A DNA stretch of 64,000 nucleotides, taken from the NCBI GenBank assembly GCA_965230685.1, contig CBDDLO010000002.1, positions 5,133,106-5,197,105 on the forward strand, given 5' to 3'. Made by a program: the position numbers and the translations under genes. The notes beneath the pieces are model-generated. The model saw only the letters and a list, made by a program, of their open reading frames with translations, ran no database searches and was not told where the DNA came from. The stretch's first letter is position 1, and the number at the start of each line of letters is the position of its first letter. This DNA comes from Bythopirellula sp. (GTDB lineage: Bacteria; Planctomycetota; Planctomycetia; Pirellulales; Lacipirellulaceae). Shown piece after piece: positions 45,978 through 56,139 of this stretch.

Positions 45978-46729
45978 GCAACGCGCACCCACTCCGCTAT
46001 CTGCTGCTGCAAGTCCGCGACGCAGATGACCCGATCCGAATGCAAGAAGTCTGCTGCTTCGCGCGCGCGATCAATTGCCCGGTAGAAGCTATCGACTACC
46101 TGGATCTGCTGACCGAACGAGTATCAAGCGAGCGATTGCAAGCGGTCGATGCAGTATTGATTGGCGGCAGCGGCAACTATTCCGCCGCCGGCGAAGGTGA
46201 TTGGCTCGACACGGCACTCGCCGATCTGCACTGGCTGGCCGATTCACGCAAGCCGACCTTCGCGTCGTGTTGGGGCTTTCAGGCAATGGCCAGGGCGCTG
46301 GGAGGCCGCTGCATCAATGATCCAGCAAACGCGGAGTTGGGAACCATTGAGCTAACGCTCACTGACTCTGGGGCAAGTGATCCGCTGTTTGGTTCGCTCG
46401 ACGATCCGTTTCTGGGGTTGGCCGGCCATGAGGATCATGTGGTCCAGCTACCACCGAATGCGATACTGCTTGCGTCATCGGAATTAGTCGCCAACCAAGC
46501 GTTCAAGCTCGTTGACGCGCCCATCTACTGCACTCAGTTTCACCCAGAGCTGGAGCTGGCGACTTTCCTCGAGCGTGTGATGGCGTATCCGCAATATGTC
46601 GAAAAAATTGCAGGTTCGACAATCGACGTGTTTGCTAAGCACTGCCGCCCCGCACCCCAATCGCAGCAGTTGCTACGACGTTTCGCCGCCCTAGTGACCC
46701 AGAACCAAGCCAACCTTAACGGTTCTTAG
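45974..46729 (+). CDS. Class I glutamine amidotransferase-like protein
   Basis: 251 aa with the nucleophile elbow FASCWGFQAMARALGG and a later QFHPE motif. There is a 4-nt overlap with bioA. Confidence 0.7.
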   Translation: MSNAHPLRYLLLQVRDADDPIRMQEVCCFARAINCPVEAIDYLDLLTERVSSERLQAVDAVLIGGSGNYSAAGEGDWLDTALADLHWLADSRKPTFASCWGFQAMARALGGRCINDPANAELGTIELTLTDSGASDPLFGSLDDPFLGLAGHEDHVVQLPPNAILLASSELVANQAFKLVDAPIYCTQFHPELELATFLERVMAYPQYVEKIAGSTIDVFAKHCRPAPQSQQLLRRFAALVTQNQANLNGS

Positions 46730-46738
46730 TCACGGTTC

Positions 46739-48175
46739 TTAGTAACTGGGCTGCGGCTTCCGTGGGCGGAAGAAGTCTTTGCTGGTGTTGAGAATACGCG
46801 GCTTGTAGTCTTTCACCGAACGAGCGGGAAAGTCCTCTGGACGTGAGCCTTTGCCGATTTTGACCGCTCGGTGTTCTGCCTGCCAACCCATCAGGCTCAG
46901 AAAATCTTCGAGCGTGATTACCTCGACATTGAGCGTATCCGCGTCGGCGCTCATTTTTTGGTATGCCGCGCGAGAGGCTTCCGAAGATTCGCGATCGTCT
47001 TCAGGGTGTTTGCCGAGAATGAGATATCGGGTATCGACGGTCATTTGCCCATCGATTTCGCCCGCTTCGGTCGGAACGGCATCAACCTTGCCATTGTTGA
47101 GTTGGATAATGCGTTTCAGTAACTCGGTGTCGTCAGTCTTGTCGTTATTGAGGTCGATAATACCAGTGATCGCGAAACCCACCTCTCGGCCACGGTTCCA
47201 CACCTGACTGTAGATTTTGTCGCCTTCCATTAGTGGGCGAACCGACCGATCGTTGGTGATTCTTGCCTCGGCCATGTGTTCGCTAAGAATACGAACCACC
47301 TCGATGCTACCTTTGGATTCGGCCGCGTTCACGTCATTCGCATCTCCACTGTAGACACTAAAGGTCACCTGCGGGCGAAGTTGGTCCTCAGAGCCCAGGT
47401 TGATCCATACCTTTCCTTCTCGCTGGTTCACCCAAGCGATGCGGCCATCTTCTGGCTGGGCGTAGGGATCGGGAATAGCTGTTTTGCTCTTGAGAATTTC
47501 TATGACTCGTTCCAGTTTAGAAATCTTGTCACGCAACTCGTCTTGGGCTTGCTCGTTACTGGCGACCATTTCGTCGATTTTGACGCGCTGCTCGGCCAAC
47601 TGATCGGCGATTTCTTGCTTCTCTGCGTTCGTCTGATCGCGGCTGCTATTGAACTCATTGCGGAGCGACTCTTTATCGGCCTCGGCCTGCTTGGCTTCTT
47701 CCCGGTACTGCGCGATCTGTTTCTCCATTTGGCTTTGAGTGGCCAAGAGGTCTTGATTGAGCTTCTTAAGTTGCGCCTTGGCGTCAGATTCGCTCTGGGC
47801 GAGTTTGCGATTCTCCTCGAAGAAACTATCCAGGATGTGGCGGTAGTTGCGATTGGCCAACTCGAAGCTCTTGCCCCAGCGACTTTCCACTTTCTGTTCT
47901 TCATTGCCGAGGATATCTTCAGCGAATCTTGTTTGCAACGTTTGCAGATTGTCCGACTCCGGGTAGCCGAGCCATTGCTTGTAGTTGTTGGCCTCGGACT
48001 GCGCATCGCGCGCCGCACTGTTGGCAGCTTGAGCCTTGCTATCCGCATCTTGGGCGCGGGCTAGGGCGGTCTTGCGTGCGTTGTTGACCATCACCAGCAC
48101 CACGCTCAGCAGGAGGGTGAGGATAATGAAAACAATGAGAACTATCTGTGTAGTTTGACTGTCGCGAGAAGCCAT
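46739..48175 (-). CDS. Membrane-anchored coiled-coil protein (hypothetical)
   Basis: Probable start at Met 48175 (MASRDSQTTQIVLIVFIILTLLLSVVLVMV). It has about 230 aa of heptad-rich A/Q/E/K sequence and a C-terminal globular part. Confidence 0.6.
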   Translation of the reverse strand: MASRDSQTTQIVLIVFIILTLLLSVVLVMVNNARKTALARAQDADSKAQAANSAARDAQSEANNYKQWLGYPESDNLQTLQTRFAEDILGNEEQKVESRWGKSFELANRNYRHILDSFFEENRKLAQSESDAKAQLKKLNQDLLATQSQMEKQIAQYREEAKQAEADKESLRNEFNSSRDQTNAEKQEIADQLAEQRVKIDEMVASNEQAQDELRDKISKLERVIEILKSKTAIPDPYAQPEDGRIAWVNQREGKVWINLGSEDQLRPQVTFSVYSGDANDVNAAESKGSIEVVRILSEHMAEARITNDRSVRPLMEGDKIYSQVWNRGREVGFAITGIIDLNNDKTDDTELLKRIIQLNNGKVDAVPTEAGEIDGQMTVDTRYLILGKHPEDDRESSEASRAAYQKMSADADTLNVEVITLEDFLSLMGWQAEHRAVKIGKGSRPEDFPARSVKDYKPRILNTSKDFFRPRKPQPSY

Positions 48176-48485
48176 AGTTGAGTACCAAAGTTCTGTTTCC
48201 GAAAGACTGTTGCCGATTAGAATAGGCACATCGAGAAGTCGATTCTAGCCTGCAACCACTGGCAGCGATACTATGTGTCAGCCCAACTGGCCTGGGACAG
48301 TGCCGCTTCTTTTTGCCCTAAGTCGAGCTTAATTGCGGGATTACGGAGTGTCAAGAAATGCGTGAAGAGCACTTCAGGTAGCTTGACAGGTTCAGCCAGA
48401 ACGCCGTAGGATTTCGCGCGAGGGGCCAAGGAAATGCGTTCTGCGGACCTCCTTGATGCAATCATTCACCTGAAGTCCCTCCAAC

Positions 48486-51350
48486 ATGCCCTCATCACCC
48501 CGACAAACGTCATTACCAGGCATGGAATCGCTTGATAACACGGGCACCAAAACTGAGCTTAAATCGGAAACCGGCCAAGCGAGTGAGCCCACGGATATCC
48601 GCGATTGGAACATCTGCGCGGTGGACTCCCATTCGCTGATTTTCCAGGTTTTTCACGCGTTGCCCGAAATGACTAGCCCCAGTGGCGAACCGGTCGGAGC
48701 GGTGTACGGTTTCGTCCGCGACATGCTGCAGTTGCTCGAAACGCGTCGGCCCGACGGACTCGTCTGCGCTTTTGACCTGCCGGGGCCTACGTTTCGCCAC
48801 GATCTGTTCGATGCCTACAAAGCGGATCGCGGTGAAATGCCAGAAGCATTGCGATCGCAAATCCCAAAAATCCGCGAGGTGCTCGATGCCCTGGCAATCC
48901 CCGTGCTAGCCAGTGCTGGGTTCGAGGCAGACGATGTGTTGGCAACTCTAGCCCGGCTTTGCGACGAGCAGGCCGCGAACTGCCTGGTGGTGACGGGCGA
49001 CAAAGATTGTCGACAGTTGATCACCAAGCACGTCTCCCTATTAAACATCCGAAAGAACACGGAGTACGACGCCCAGGCGCTGGCCGAAGATTGGGGGATA
49101 CTCCCCGAGCAGGTCGTCGATTTTCAATCGTTGGTGGGAGACAAAGTCGACAATGTCCCCGGCGTGCCGCTCATCGGTCCCAAGGCCGCACAGGAATTAC
49201 TCGCCACCTACGGCACGTTGGAAGCCGTGCTTGATCACGCTCACGAAGTGAAAGCCAAACGCCGCCGCGAGAATTTGCTGGAGTTCCGAGAACAGGCTTT
49301 ACTTTCACAGCAGCTTGTGCGTCTTGATACCAAAGTCCCCATCGCCCCCGATTGGGCTGCTTCCAAAGTTGGCGGCGTCGATCACGATCGGCTTGCTGAG
49401 TTATTTCATGGTTTTGGCTTTCGTTCGTTAGGCGAGCGTGCGGCCCAGCTAGATGGCCATCGCAGCAGCAATCATGCGAAGGTCCTGCGACCCACGGCCA
49501 ACTATCACCTTGTCGACACATTGGCAGCACTCGACAACTTAATCGCTGACTTGGCGAAACAAGAGCTGATTGCGGTCGATACTGAGACAACTGATGTGAA
49601 CCCACGCGCCGCAGCCATCGTGGGATATGCCTTGGCCTACCAACCCGGCGAGGGCTACTACATCCCCGTGCTGGGTCCCGCGGGTGAGAGGGTGCTTGAC
49701 CCCACTGTGGTCGCCGACAAGCTGCGGCCGATCCTCGAAAACCCCTCGATCGCTAAAATTGGACAGAATTTGAAGTACGACTATGTCGTGCTCCTAGGGG
49801 CGGACATCGAACTGCAGGGCATTACCTTCGACACGATGCTTGCCAGCTACTTGCTCGATGCCGGCGACCGCACACACAATCTCGATCATCTTGCCAGTCG
49901 TTACCTCGATCACACCACGACCAAGATCGACTCACTCATTGGCAAGGGCAAAAACCAGAAGCGGATGGACGAAGTACCGGTTGCCGACGTGGCAGCATAC
50001 GCGGGAGAGGATGCTGACTTGCCCCTGCAATTGCAACCGCTCCTGCAGGCGCGAATCGAGAACGATGGCCTCACAAAGCTCAATGAAGAGGTGGAAGTAC
50101 CACTGCTCTCGGTGCTTGCAGACATGGAATTTCTGGGCATCTCGGTCGATACCGAGCGTTTAGAGGAGCTGAGCACGCTTTATTCCTCCAGGCTGGAGAA
50201 GCTAACTGTTGAGATCGAAGAAATGGCGGGCCACCCATTGAATATCGCTTCGCCTAAGCAGTTGGCCGAAGTGCTGTTCAGCGAGCTCGGCCTGCCGGTC
50301 ATTAAAAAAACTAAGACCGGCGCGAGCACCGACGCGAGTGTGCTCGAAGAACTCGCCCCGATGCATCCCCTCCCCGCCAAGATCGTTGAACATCGACAGT
50401 ATTCCAAACTGCTGGGCACGTATGTCAATGCACTGCCTGAACTGGTGCACCCCGAAACGGGCCGAGTGCATACTTCATTCAACCAAGTCGTCGCAGCCAC
50501 CGGTCGGCTGAGCTCTAATAACCCCAACTTGCAAAACATCCCGATCCGCACGGCCGAGGGCCGCGAAATTCGCTCCGCGTTCCGCGCTGGCTTCGAGGGT
50601 TGGAAACTGCTGGCTGCGGACTACTCACAAATTGAGTTGCGTGTGCTTGCACATTTCACAGAAGATCCGACTCTCTGTGCCGCGTTTGTCAATGATGAGG
50701 ACATCCACACCCTGGTCGCCAGCCAAGTGGAAGGCGTCACGCTTACTGAAGTCGATTCTGATATGCGCCGTCGAGCCAAGGCCGTCAACTTCGGCATTAT
50801 CTACGGCCAGAGCCCCTTCGGATTGGCCAAGGCCTTGGGGATTCCTCAGGAGGAGGCCGCGGAGTTCATCGAGACCTATTTCGCAACGTATCCAGGCGTG
50901 CTGGAATTTTTCACCCAGACGCTCACTGAATGTCGCGAGCAAGGTTACGTCACCACGCTGCTGGGTAGACGAAGAGCCGTGCAGGGTGTGCGAGCCGTAC
51001 CCAAAGATTTCCGCGAGGCAAAAACGGGCGCACTTCGGCAACTCAATCTGCCCGAACGTACTGCTGTGAACACGGTCATCCAAGGCTCCGCTGCCGACCT
51101 CATCAAACTGGCAATGCTTGGCGTGGATCGCCGAATGAAACAGACAACGCTCGACGCGAACATGCTGCTGCAAATCCACGACGAGCTGGTCTTCGAGGTC
51201 GCCCCTGCTCAGATCAACGAGTTGGCCCATCTCGTGGTAGAGGAAATGACCTCGGTGGTCGATCTCGCCGTGCCGCTTAAGGTTGACGTCAAGTTTGGTC
51301 ACAACTGGGCCGACTGTGAGCCCTGGGAACAAGACGAATCAGCAGAATAG
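48486..51350 (+). CDS. polA: DNA polymerase I
   Basis: 954 aa. It contains a 5'-nuclease domain, a 3'-5' exo-like domain, and polymerase motifs (RRRAKAVNFGIIYG, DYSQIELRVLAH, QIHDELVFE). Confidence 0.95.
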   Translation: MPSSPRQTSLPGMESLDNTGTKTELKSETGQASEPTDIRDWNICAVDSHSLIFQVFHALPEMTSPSGEPVGAVYGFVRDMLQLLETRRPDGLVCAFDLPGPTFRHDLFDAYKADRGEMPEALRSQIPKIREVLDALAIPVLASAGFEADDVLATLARLCDEQAANCLVVTGDKDCRQLITKHVSLLNIRKNTEYDAQALAEDWGILPEQVVDFQSLVGDKVDNVPGVPLIGPKAAQELLATYGTLEAVLDHAHEVKAKRRRENLLEFREQALLSQQLVRLDTKVPIAPDWAASKVGGVDHDRLAELFHGFGFRSLGERAAQLDGHRSSNHAKVLRPTANYHLVDTLAALDNLIADLAKQELIAVDTETTDVNPRAAAIVGYALAYQPGEGYYIPVLGPAGERVLDPTVVADKLRPILENPSIAKIGQNLKYDYVVLLGADIELQGITFDTMLASYLLDAGDRTHNLDHLASRYLDHTTTKIDSLIGKGKNQKRMDEVPVADVAAYAGEDADLPLQLQPLLQARIENDGLTKLNEEVEVPLLSVLADMEFLGISVDTERLEELSTLYSSRLEKLTVEIEEMAGHPLNIASPKQLAEVLFSELGLPVIKKTKTGASTDASVLEELAPMHPLPAKIVEHRQYSKLLGTYVNALPELVHPETGRVHTSFNQVVAATGRLSSNNPNLQNIPIRTAEGREIRSAFRAGFEGWKLLAADYSQIELRVLAHFTEDPTLCAAFVNDEDIHTLVASQVEGVTLTEVDSDMRRRAKAVNFGIIYGQSPFGLAKALGIPQEEAAEFIETYFATYPGVLEFFTQTLTECREQGYVTTLLGRRRAVQGVRAVPKDFREAKTGALRQLNLPERTAVNTVIQGSAADLIKLAMLGVDRRMKQTTLDANMLLQIHDELVFEVAPAQINELAHLVVEEMTSVVDLAVPLKVDVKFGHNWADCEPWEQDESAE

Positions 51351-51390
51351 ATTTCTCGACACCAGTCAGGCTATTGCCTAGGCATGAATC

Positions 51391-52014
51391 ATGAAAATCC
51401 TGGGTCTCACAGGTGGAATCGCGAGCGGTAAATCGGCCGTTGCCCGCGAGCTTGCGACGCTGGGGGCAACCCTGCTCGATGCGGATGCCGCGGCGCATGA
51501 GGTGATCAATTTGCCCTCGGTCCAGGCTTTGCTAGTCGAGCAATGGGGCGATACCATCCTCGACGACAGCAAGAAAACCGATCGCAAGGCCGTGGCTGAG
51601 CGTGTTTTTTCTGACGAAGCGGAACTACAGTTCTTGGAGAAAGCGCTCCATCCGCGGATTCGTGAGCAATTCGAAGCCAAGCTGGCAAGACTAGCGGCCG
51701 AGGGAGTGGCAGTGGCAGTGATCGACGCTCCGCTGCTGCTCGAAGCCGGCTGGGGCGAGCTTTGTGATCATCTTCTCTTTGTCGATTCGCCTCGTGAAGA
51801 TCGGCTCCGGAGGGCCAAGCTGCGTAACTGGTCAGAAGAAGAATTTTCCAAACGCGAAGCGTTCCAGCTGCCGATAGCAGATAAACGCCAGCAATCTGCA
51901 CACGTTTTGACTAACTCTGGAACTCTGGAGAGTTTGCGTGAGCAGGTGCAAGCCCTGTGGCAGCTGCTTGAACTAGACGGTCCCGACTCAAGGACCAGCG
52001 AAACAAAAAAATAG
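51391..52014 (+). CDS. coaE: Dephospho-CoA kinase
   Basis: 207 aa with the P-loop KILGLTGGIASGKS. Confidence 0.9.
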   Translation: MKILGLTGGIASGKSAVARELATLGATLLDADAAAHEVINLPSVQALLVEQWGDTILDDSKKTDRKAVAERVFSDEAELQFLEKALHPRIREQFEAKLARLAAEGVAVAVIDAPLLLEAGWGELCDHLLFVDSPREDRLRRAKLRNWSEEEFSKREAFQLPIADKRQQSAHVLTNSGTLESLREQVQALWQLLELDGPDSRTSETKK

Positions 52015-52283
52015 AATCCCTCACAGAAAGCCTTCCCTCATTGGGCAAAGCTTGCCATACTGTGAGCAGGCGGTGAATCCACTGGCTCTCTTTTTCCTCC
52101 CTCCCACCTACCCCAACCCGTTTCGTGACCGGTGGCCTTGCCCCGAGTGATTCACGAACCAAATTGCAAATTCGGAACCCCTCGTTTTCGCGCAGGACCG
52201 TTTCGTTTTTTTACCTACCCTGCCTTCGGTGCCTCCTGCGCACCGAAACCTTGCCTTCTTTTCCTGATTGATGGAGTTTACCA

Positions 52284-53783
52284 ATGTCCGAGACCAGCAA
52301 CCGCGGCCCGCGGCAAGGTCGCCAAAATTTTCAGCATAAGGGCTCTCAATCACGCGGCGGAAGACGTCCCTTTGAACGTAGCTCGAGCGTCGAAAGCGAC
52401 AATCCGCGGTTGGTAGAGCTCGAACGCGAAGAGCCGCTCTCAATTGCCGAGGAACTAGACAAAGCAGCTGAAAGAGTCCGCCGCGTCGGCAAGACGATCG
52501 AGCGAACCGACAAGCCCGATCCGAACATTCACATCGCTGCTCTGCAGAAAATGCAGATGCCCGATTTGATCGAGATCGCCGAGACCGAGGGCGTCGAAGA
52601 AGCCGCCGGTCTCAAAAAGCAAGACTTGATTTTTCGCATTTTGAAGCAGCGTGTGAAGCTCGACGGGATGATGTCTGGTGAGGGCACACTGGAGATTCTG
52701 CCCGACGGATTCGGCTTTCTCCGAAGTCCTGACTACCACTATCTATCCTGCCCCGATGACATTTACGTTTCCCCAAGCCAAATCCGACGCTTTGGTTTGC
52801 GCACCGGGGCGACAGTCGCAGGGACGATCCGGCCTCCGAAGGAAAATGAGCGGTACTTCGCCCTACTGCGTATCGAGGCAATTAACGGAGAAGATCCCAA
52901 CAGGCTCTCGAAGAAGGTCTTTTTCGATAACCTCACGCCGAAACATCCCGAGGAGCGGATTCGGATGGAAACCACTGCCGACGAAGTCGCCATGCGAGTC
53001 GTTGACATGGTCGTGCCGATCGGCTTTGGTCAACGTGGGCTAATCGTGAGTCCGCCTCGCGCGGGGAAGACGATCCTCATGCAGAAAATGGCGAAGAGCG
53101 TCCTGACTAACTACCCCGAGGCACACGTCGTGATGCTGCTGATCGACGAGCGGCCCGAGGAAGTCACCGACATGGAACGTGAGGTCAAGGGGCCGAACTG
53201 CGAAGTGATCAGCTCGACCTTCGACGAACCCGCCTCGCGGCACATTCAAGTCGCGGACATGGTGATCGAGAAAGCCAAACGGATGGTCGAATATGGCCGC
53301 GACGTGGTGATTTTTCTCGACTCGATTACCCGGCTCGCGCGAGCGTGGAACTCCGAGTGTCCACACTCCGGCAAGGTACTCTCAGGCGGCATCGACGCCA
53401 ACGCAATGCAGCGGCCCAAGCGGTTCTTTGGCTCGGCGCGCAAGGTCGAAGAGGGCGGTTCGCTGACGATCATTGCCACGGCACTGGTGGACACCGGCAG
53501 CCGCATGGACGAGGTGATTTTCGAGGAATTCAAAGGAACGGGCAACCAGGAGATCATGCTGGACCGTACCTTAGTTGACAAGCGCATCTGGCCCTCCATT
53601 GACATCAACCGCAGCGGTACCCGCCGCGAGGAGATGCTGATGGATCCCGAGGAGCACCGCCGCATCTGCCTACTCCGCCGCGTACTGCACGACATGAACC
53701 CGCCGGACGCGATGGATCTGCTGACCACGCGGCTACGCAAGACCCAGTCGAACGCGGAGTTCCTCATGAGTATCAAAGAGTAG
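52284..53783 (+). CDS. rho: Transcription termination factor Rho with ~80-aa basic/polar N-terminal extension
   Basis: 499 aa. From about residue 82 onwards it is collinear with E. coli Rho ([48 protein letters not shown]). Confidence 0.95.
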   Translation: MSETSNRGPRQGRQNFQHKGSQSRGGRRPFERSSSVESDNPRLVELEREEPLSIAEELDKAAERVRRVGKTIERTDKPDPNIHIAALQKMQMPDLIEIAETEGVEEAAGLKKQDLIFRILKQRVKLDGMMSGEGTLEILPDGFGFLRSPDYHYLSCPDDIYVSPSQIRRFGLRTGATVAGTIRPPKENERYFALLRIEAINGEDPNRLSKKVFFDNLTPKHPEERIRMETTADEVAMRVVDMVVPIGFGQRGLIVSPPRAGKTILMQKMAKSVLTNYPEAHVVMLLIDERPEEVTDMEREVKGPNCEVISSTFDEPASRHIQVADMVIEKAKRMVEYGRDVVIFLDSITRLARAWNSECPHSGKVLSGGIDANAMQRPKRFFGSARKVEEGGSLTIIATALVDTGSRMDEVIFEEFKGTGNQEIMLDRTLVDKRIWPSIDINRSGTRREEMLMDPEEHRRICLLRRVLHDMNPPDAMDLLTTRLRKTQSNAEFLMSIKE

Positions 53784-53788
53784 GATCC

Positions 53789-54262
53789 GTGGTGAACGAG
53801 ATCAAAATCACTCCCCCGGACGCCCAAGATCGTGTTGCGATTGTCGTCGCTGAGTGGAATCAGACAATCACCAAAAAGCTACTCGACGGTGCGCTCGAAA
53901 CACTGCAAGCCAGCGGCGTGGCGGAGCACCAGATCGATGTAGCTTGGGTACCTGGCGCTTGGGAAATTCCGGTCGTCGCGCAGCGGTTTGCTCAGAGCGG
54001 GCGGTACGCCGCGATCATCACTCTTGGTGCCGTCATCCGCGGTGAAACGTCGCACGACGAACACATCAATCGGGGTGTGAGTCTCGCGCTCGTCGAAATT
54101 TCCTTAGCCAACGACCTACCGGTCCTGTTCGGCATACTTACCTGCAACTCCATGGAACAAGCAATCCATCGTGCCGGCGGCAACGTTGGCAACAAAGGTA
54201 GTGAATGCGCCGAGGCGGCGTTGAAAATGGTTGGATTGCTGAGGAACTGCCCGCCGGAGTAG
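53789..54262 (+). CDS. ribH: 6,7-dimethyl-8-ribityllumazine synthase
   Basis: 157 aa with a GTG start. Contains [20 protein letters not shown]...VPGAWEIPV...[13 protein letters not shown]. Confidence 0.9.
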   Translation: MVNEIKITPPDAQDRVAIVVAEWNQTITKKLLDGALETLQASGVAEHQIDVAWVPGAWEIPVVAQRFAQSGRYAAIITLGAVIRGETSHDEHINRGVSLALVEISLANDLPVLFGILTCNSMEQAIHRAGGNVGNKGSECAEAALKMVGLLRNCPPE

Positions 54263-54303
54263 AATGCAATTCGTTAGCCGGTAAATTCTCAGGCGAGATC
54301 CCC

Positions 54304-54717
54304 ATGTCATCCCGAAGTCGTGCCCGCGAGGTTGCGCTGCAATCGTTGTTTCAAGAGGACCTGAACCCCAGGGACTCGAGAGATCAACTTGCGCCGTTTG
54401 TAGAATCGCGACTCCAGGACGCGGAACTCCGAGAGTTCGCCACCTCGCTCGTATTGGGCGTACTCCGCAATCGGGGCGAGTTGGATGCATTACTCGAGGC
54501 CAAGGCCGAGAACTGGAGCCTGTCGCGAATGGCGGCAACCGACCGCAATGTACTCAGGCTCGGCGCCTACGAAATCCGCTACGCCGACACCCCCGAGCGC
54601 GTCGCCATTAATGAAGCCGTCGAGCTGGCCAAACGCTTCGGCAGCAAACAATCGTCGCAGTTCGTCAACGGCATTTTGGACAAACTAATTCAACGTTACG
54701 AAGAAGGAGACCAATGA
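54304..54717 (+). CDS. nusB: Transcription antitermination factor NusB
   Basis: An internal ATG at 54304 gives MSSRSRAREVALQSLFQ, followed by DRNVLRLGAYEI...INEAVELAKRFG. Confidence 0.9.
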   Translation: MSSRSRAREVALQSLFQEDLNPRDSRDQLAPFVESRLQDAELREFATSLVLGVLRNRGELDALLEAKAENWSLSRMAATDRNVLRLGAYEIRYADTPERVAINEAVELAKRFGSKQSSQFVNGILDKLIQRYEEGDQ

Positions 54718-54784
54718 CAGATTGTTGATGAAGCAATGACGGCCCCAAGGGTTGTCACAATTCGTCACTCGTCATTGCGAAACC

Positions 54785-55732
54785 ATGGGTCTATTCGACA
54801 AATTCAAGAAGGGTCTGAAAAAGACCACCAACCTGCTCAAAACCGACGTACGCGATCTATTTAAGAGCGAAGGAAGGCTGATTGACGACTCGTTTCTCGA
54901 CGAGATGCGAGCAATTTTGTTCAAGACCGACATGGGCTACGACTCGGTCGAGGAAATCGTCAACGAAGTCGCCACTCGGATGCGCGGCCGAGTCGTCCAG
55001 CTGGAAGAAGTCGTCGACACCTGGAAGTCGAAGCTGGCGGAGCTGATGCTGCAGGAAAGCTCGCCAATCAACTACGCGGCTTCTGGCCCGACGGTGATTA
55101 TGGTCTGCGGTGTCAACGGCGCGGGAAAGACTACGTCGATTGCCAAGTTGGCTCACCTACTCAAGTCCGAGGGCAAGTCGGTGGTGCTGGGGGCAGGCGA
55201 TACTTTTCGCGCTGCAGCGGTTGAGCAACTCACGATCTGGTCCGAGCGGCTAGGCGTGAACATCGTGCGCGGTGCCGACAAGGCCCACCCAGCCTCGGTG
55301 GCGTATCAAGCGGTCGAAGAGTGTATCAAGACGGGTGCGGATGTCTGCATAGTGGATACCGCGGGCCGTCTGCAAACGCAAAAAAATCTCATGACCGAGC
55401 TGACAAAAATTCAGGCCTCCATCCGCAAGCTAATTCCCGAAGCGCCGCATGAAGTGCTGCTCGTGCTTGACGCCACCACGGGACAGAACGGCATCAGCCA
55501 GGCAACGAATTTCACCGAAGCCGTCGATTGCACGGGTATCGTGCTGGCCAAGCTCGACGGTACCGCCAAGGGCGGCGTAGTCGTCGCGATTCGGCAGCAA
55601 GTCGGACTCCCCGTGAAGTACGTCGGTGTGGGCGAACAGCCCGAGGACTGGGCGCTGTTCAACTCCGACGAATTCGTAGATGCGCTCTTCGCCGAAGTCG
55701 GGGCCGACGACGTTTCCCCGGCGGCCTCTTAA
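54785..55732 (+). CDS. ftsY: Signal recognition particle receptor FtsY
   Basis: Met at 54785 gives MGLFDKFKKGLKKT. SRP-GTPase motifs follow: GVNGAGKTTSIAKLA, DTAGR and TKLDGTAKGG-type (AKLDGTAKGG). Confidence 0.9.
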   Translation: MGLFDKFKKGLKKTTNLLKTDVRDLFKSEGRLIDDSFLDEMRAILFKTDMGYDSVEEIVNEVATRMRGRVVQLEEVVDTWKSKLAELMLQESSPINYAASGPTVIMVCGVNGAGKTTSIAKLAHLLKSEGKSVVLGAGDTFRAAAVEQLTIWSERLGVNIVRGADKAHPASVAYQAVEECIKTGADVCIVDTAGRLQTQKNLMTELTKIQASIRKLIPEAPHEVLLVLDATTGQNGISQATNFTEAVDCTGIVLAKLDGTAKGGVVVAIRQQVGLPVKYVGVGEQPEDWALFNSDEFVDALFAEVGADDVSPAAS

Positions 55733-55924
55733 GTAGAAACTAACAGCCCGGTTTGTCTCGAGGTTTCTCTTCGCTTAGTGCCTAGCTGCGCGACAGCACC
55801 TGTCTAGTTCGCAGGCAATCGCTCTCGAGTCAATTAGGGCTGGCTCTACTCTGGGTTCCGCAAAAGCAGTTTCGACCCACTAAATAAAGTCTTTTGCGCG
55901 TGTCTAGCTCTGCCTCAAGCTTTC

Positions 55925-55940
55925 TGGCACATCAATTGCT
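55925..55940 (+). promoter_or_regulatory. Sigma-54 (-24/-12) promoter upstream of amtB
   Basis: TGGCAC-atcaa-TTGCT matches the consensus TGGCAC-N5-TTGCW, with correct GG/GC spacing. It lies about 200 nt upstream of the amtB ATG. Confidence 0.6.
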
Positions 55941-56046
55941 TGGTCACTTCATTGCCAATTGGTTTGTTCGATTCCCTACAGGGATGCGTGGGGAGATCGA
56001 ACTATTGAGACATGTGTTTGCGGCTGCATAGTGGCCGCGCCGGGAT

Positions 56047-56074
56047 TTTACTGGGCGGTCTTTACTGGGCGGTC
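56047..56074. repeat. Perfect 14-bp tandem direct repeat (tttactgggcggtc x2) in the amtB leader
   Basis: Read directly from the sequence. It lies between the sigma-54 promoter and the amtB start. Confidence 0.8.
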
Positions 56075-56139
56075 TTAAAGCGTAAGTAGACTCGGCATAG
56101 TTTTTTTATCCTTCAATCAACAAAAAAGGGCGTACTGAA

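Noticed and set aside
47276-48064. 262-aa + strand ORF (and 47500..48048 on the minus strand)
   Set aside because: Both overlap the coiled-coil gene. Their low-complexity translations arise from the repetitive A/Q/E/K codons of the real frame.
50625-51332. 235-aa minus-strand ORF
   Set aside because: It is antisense to polA.
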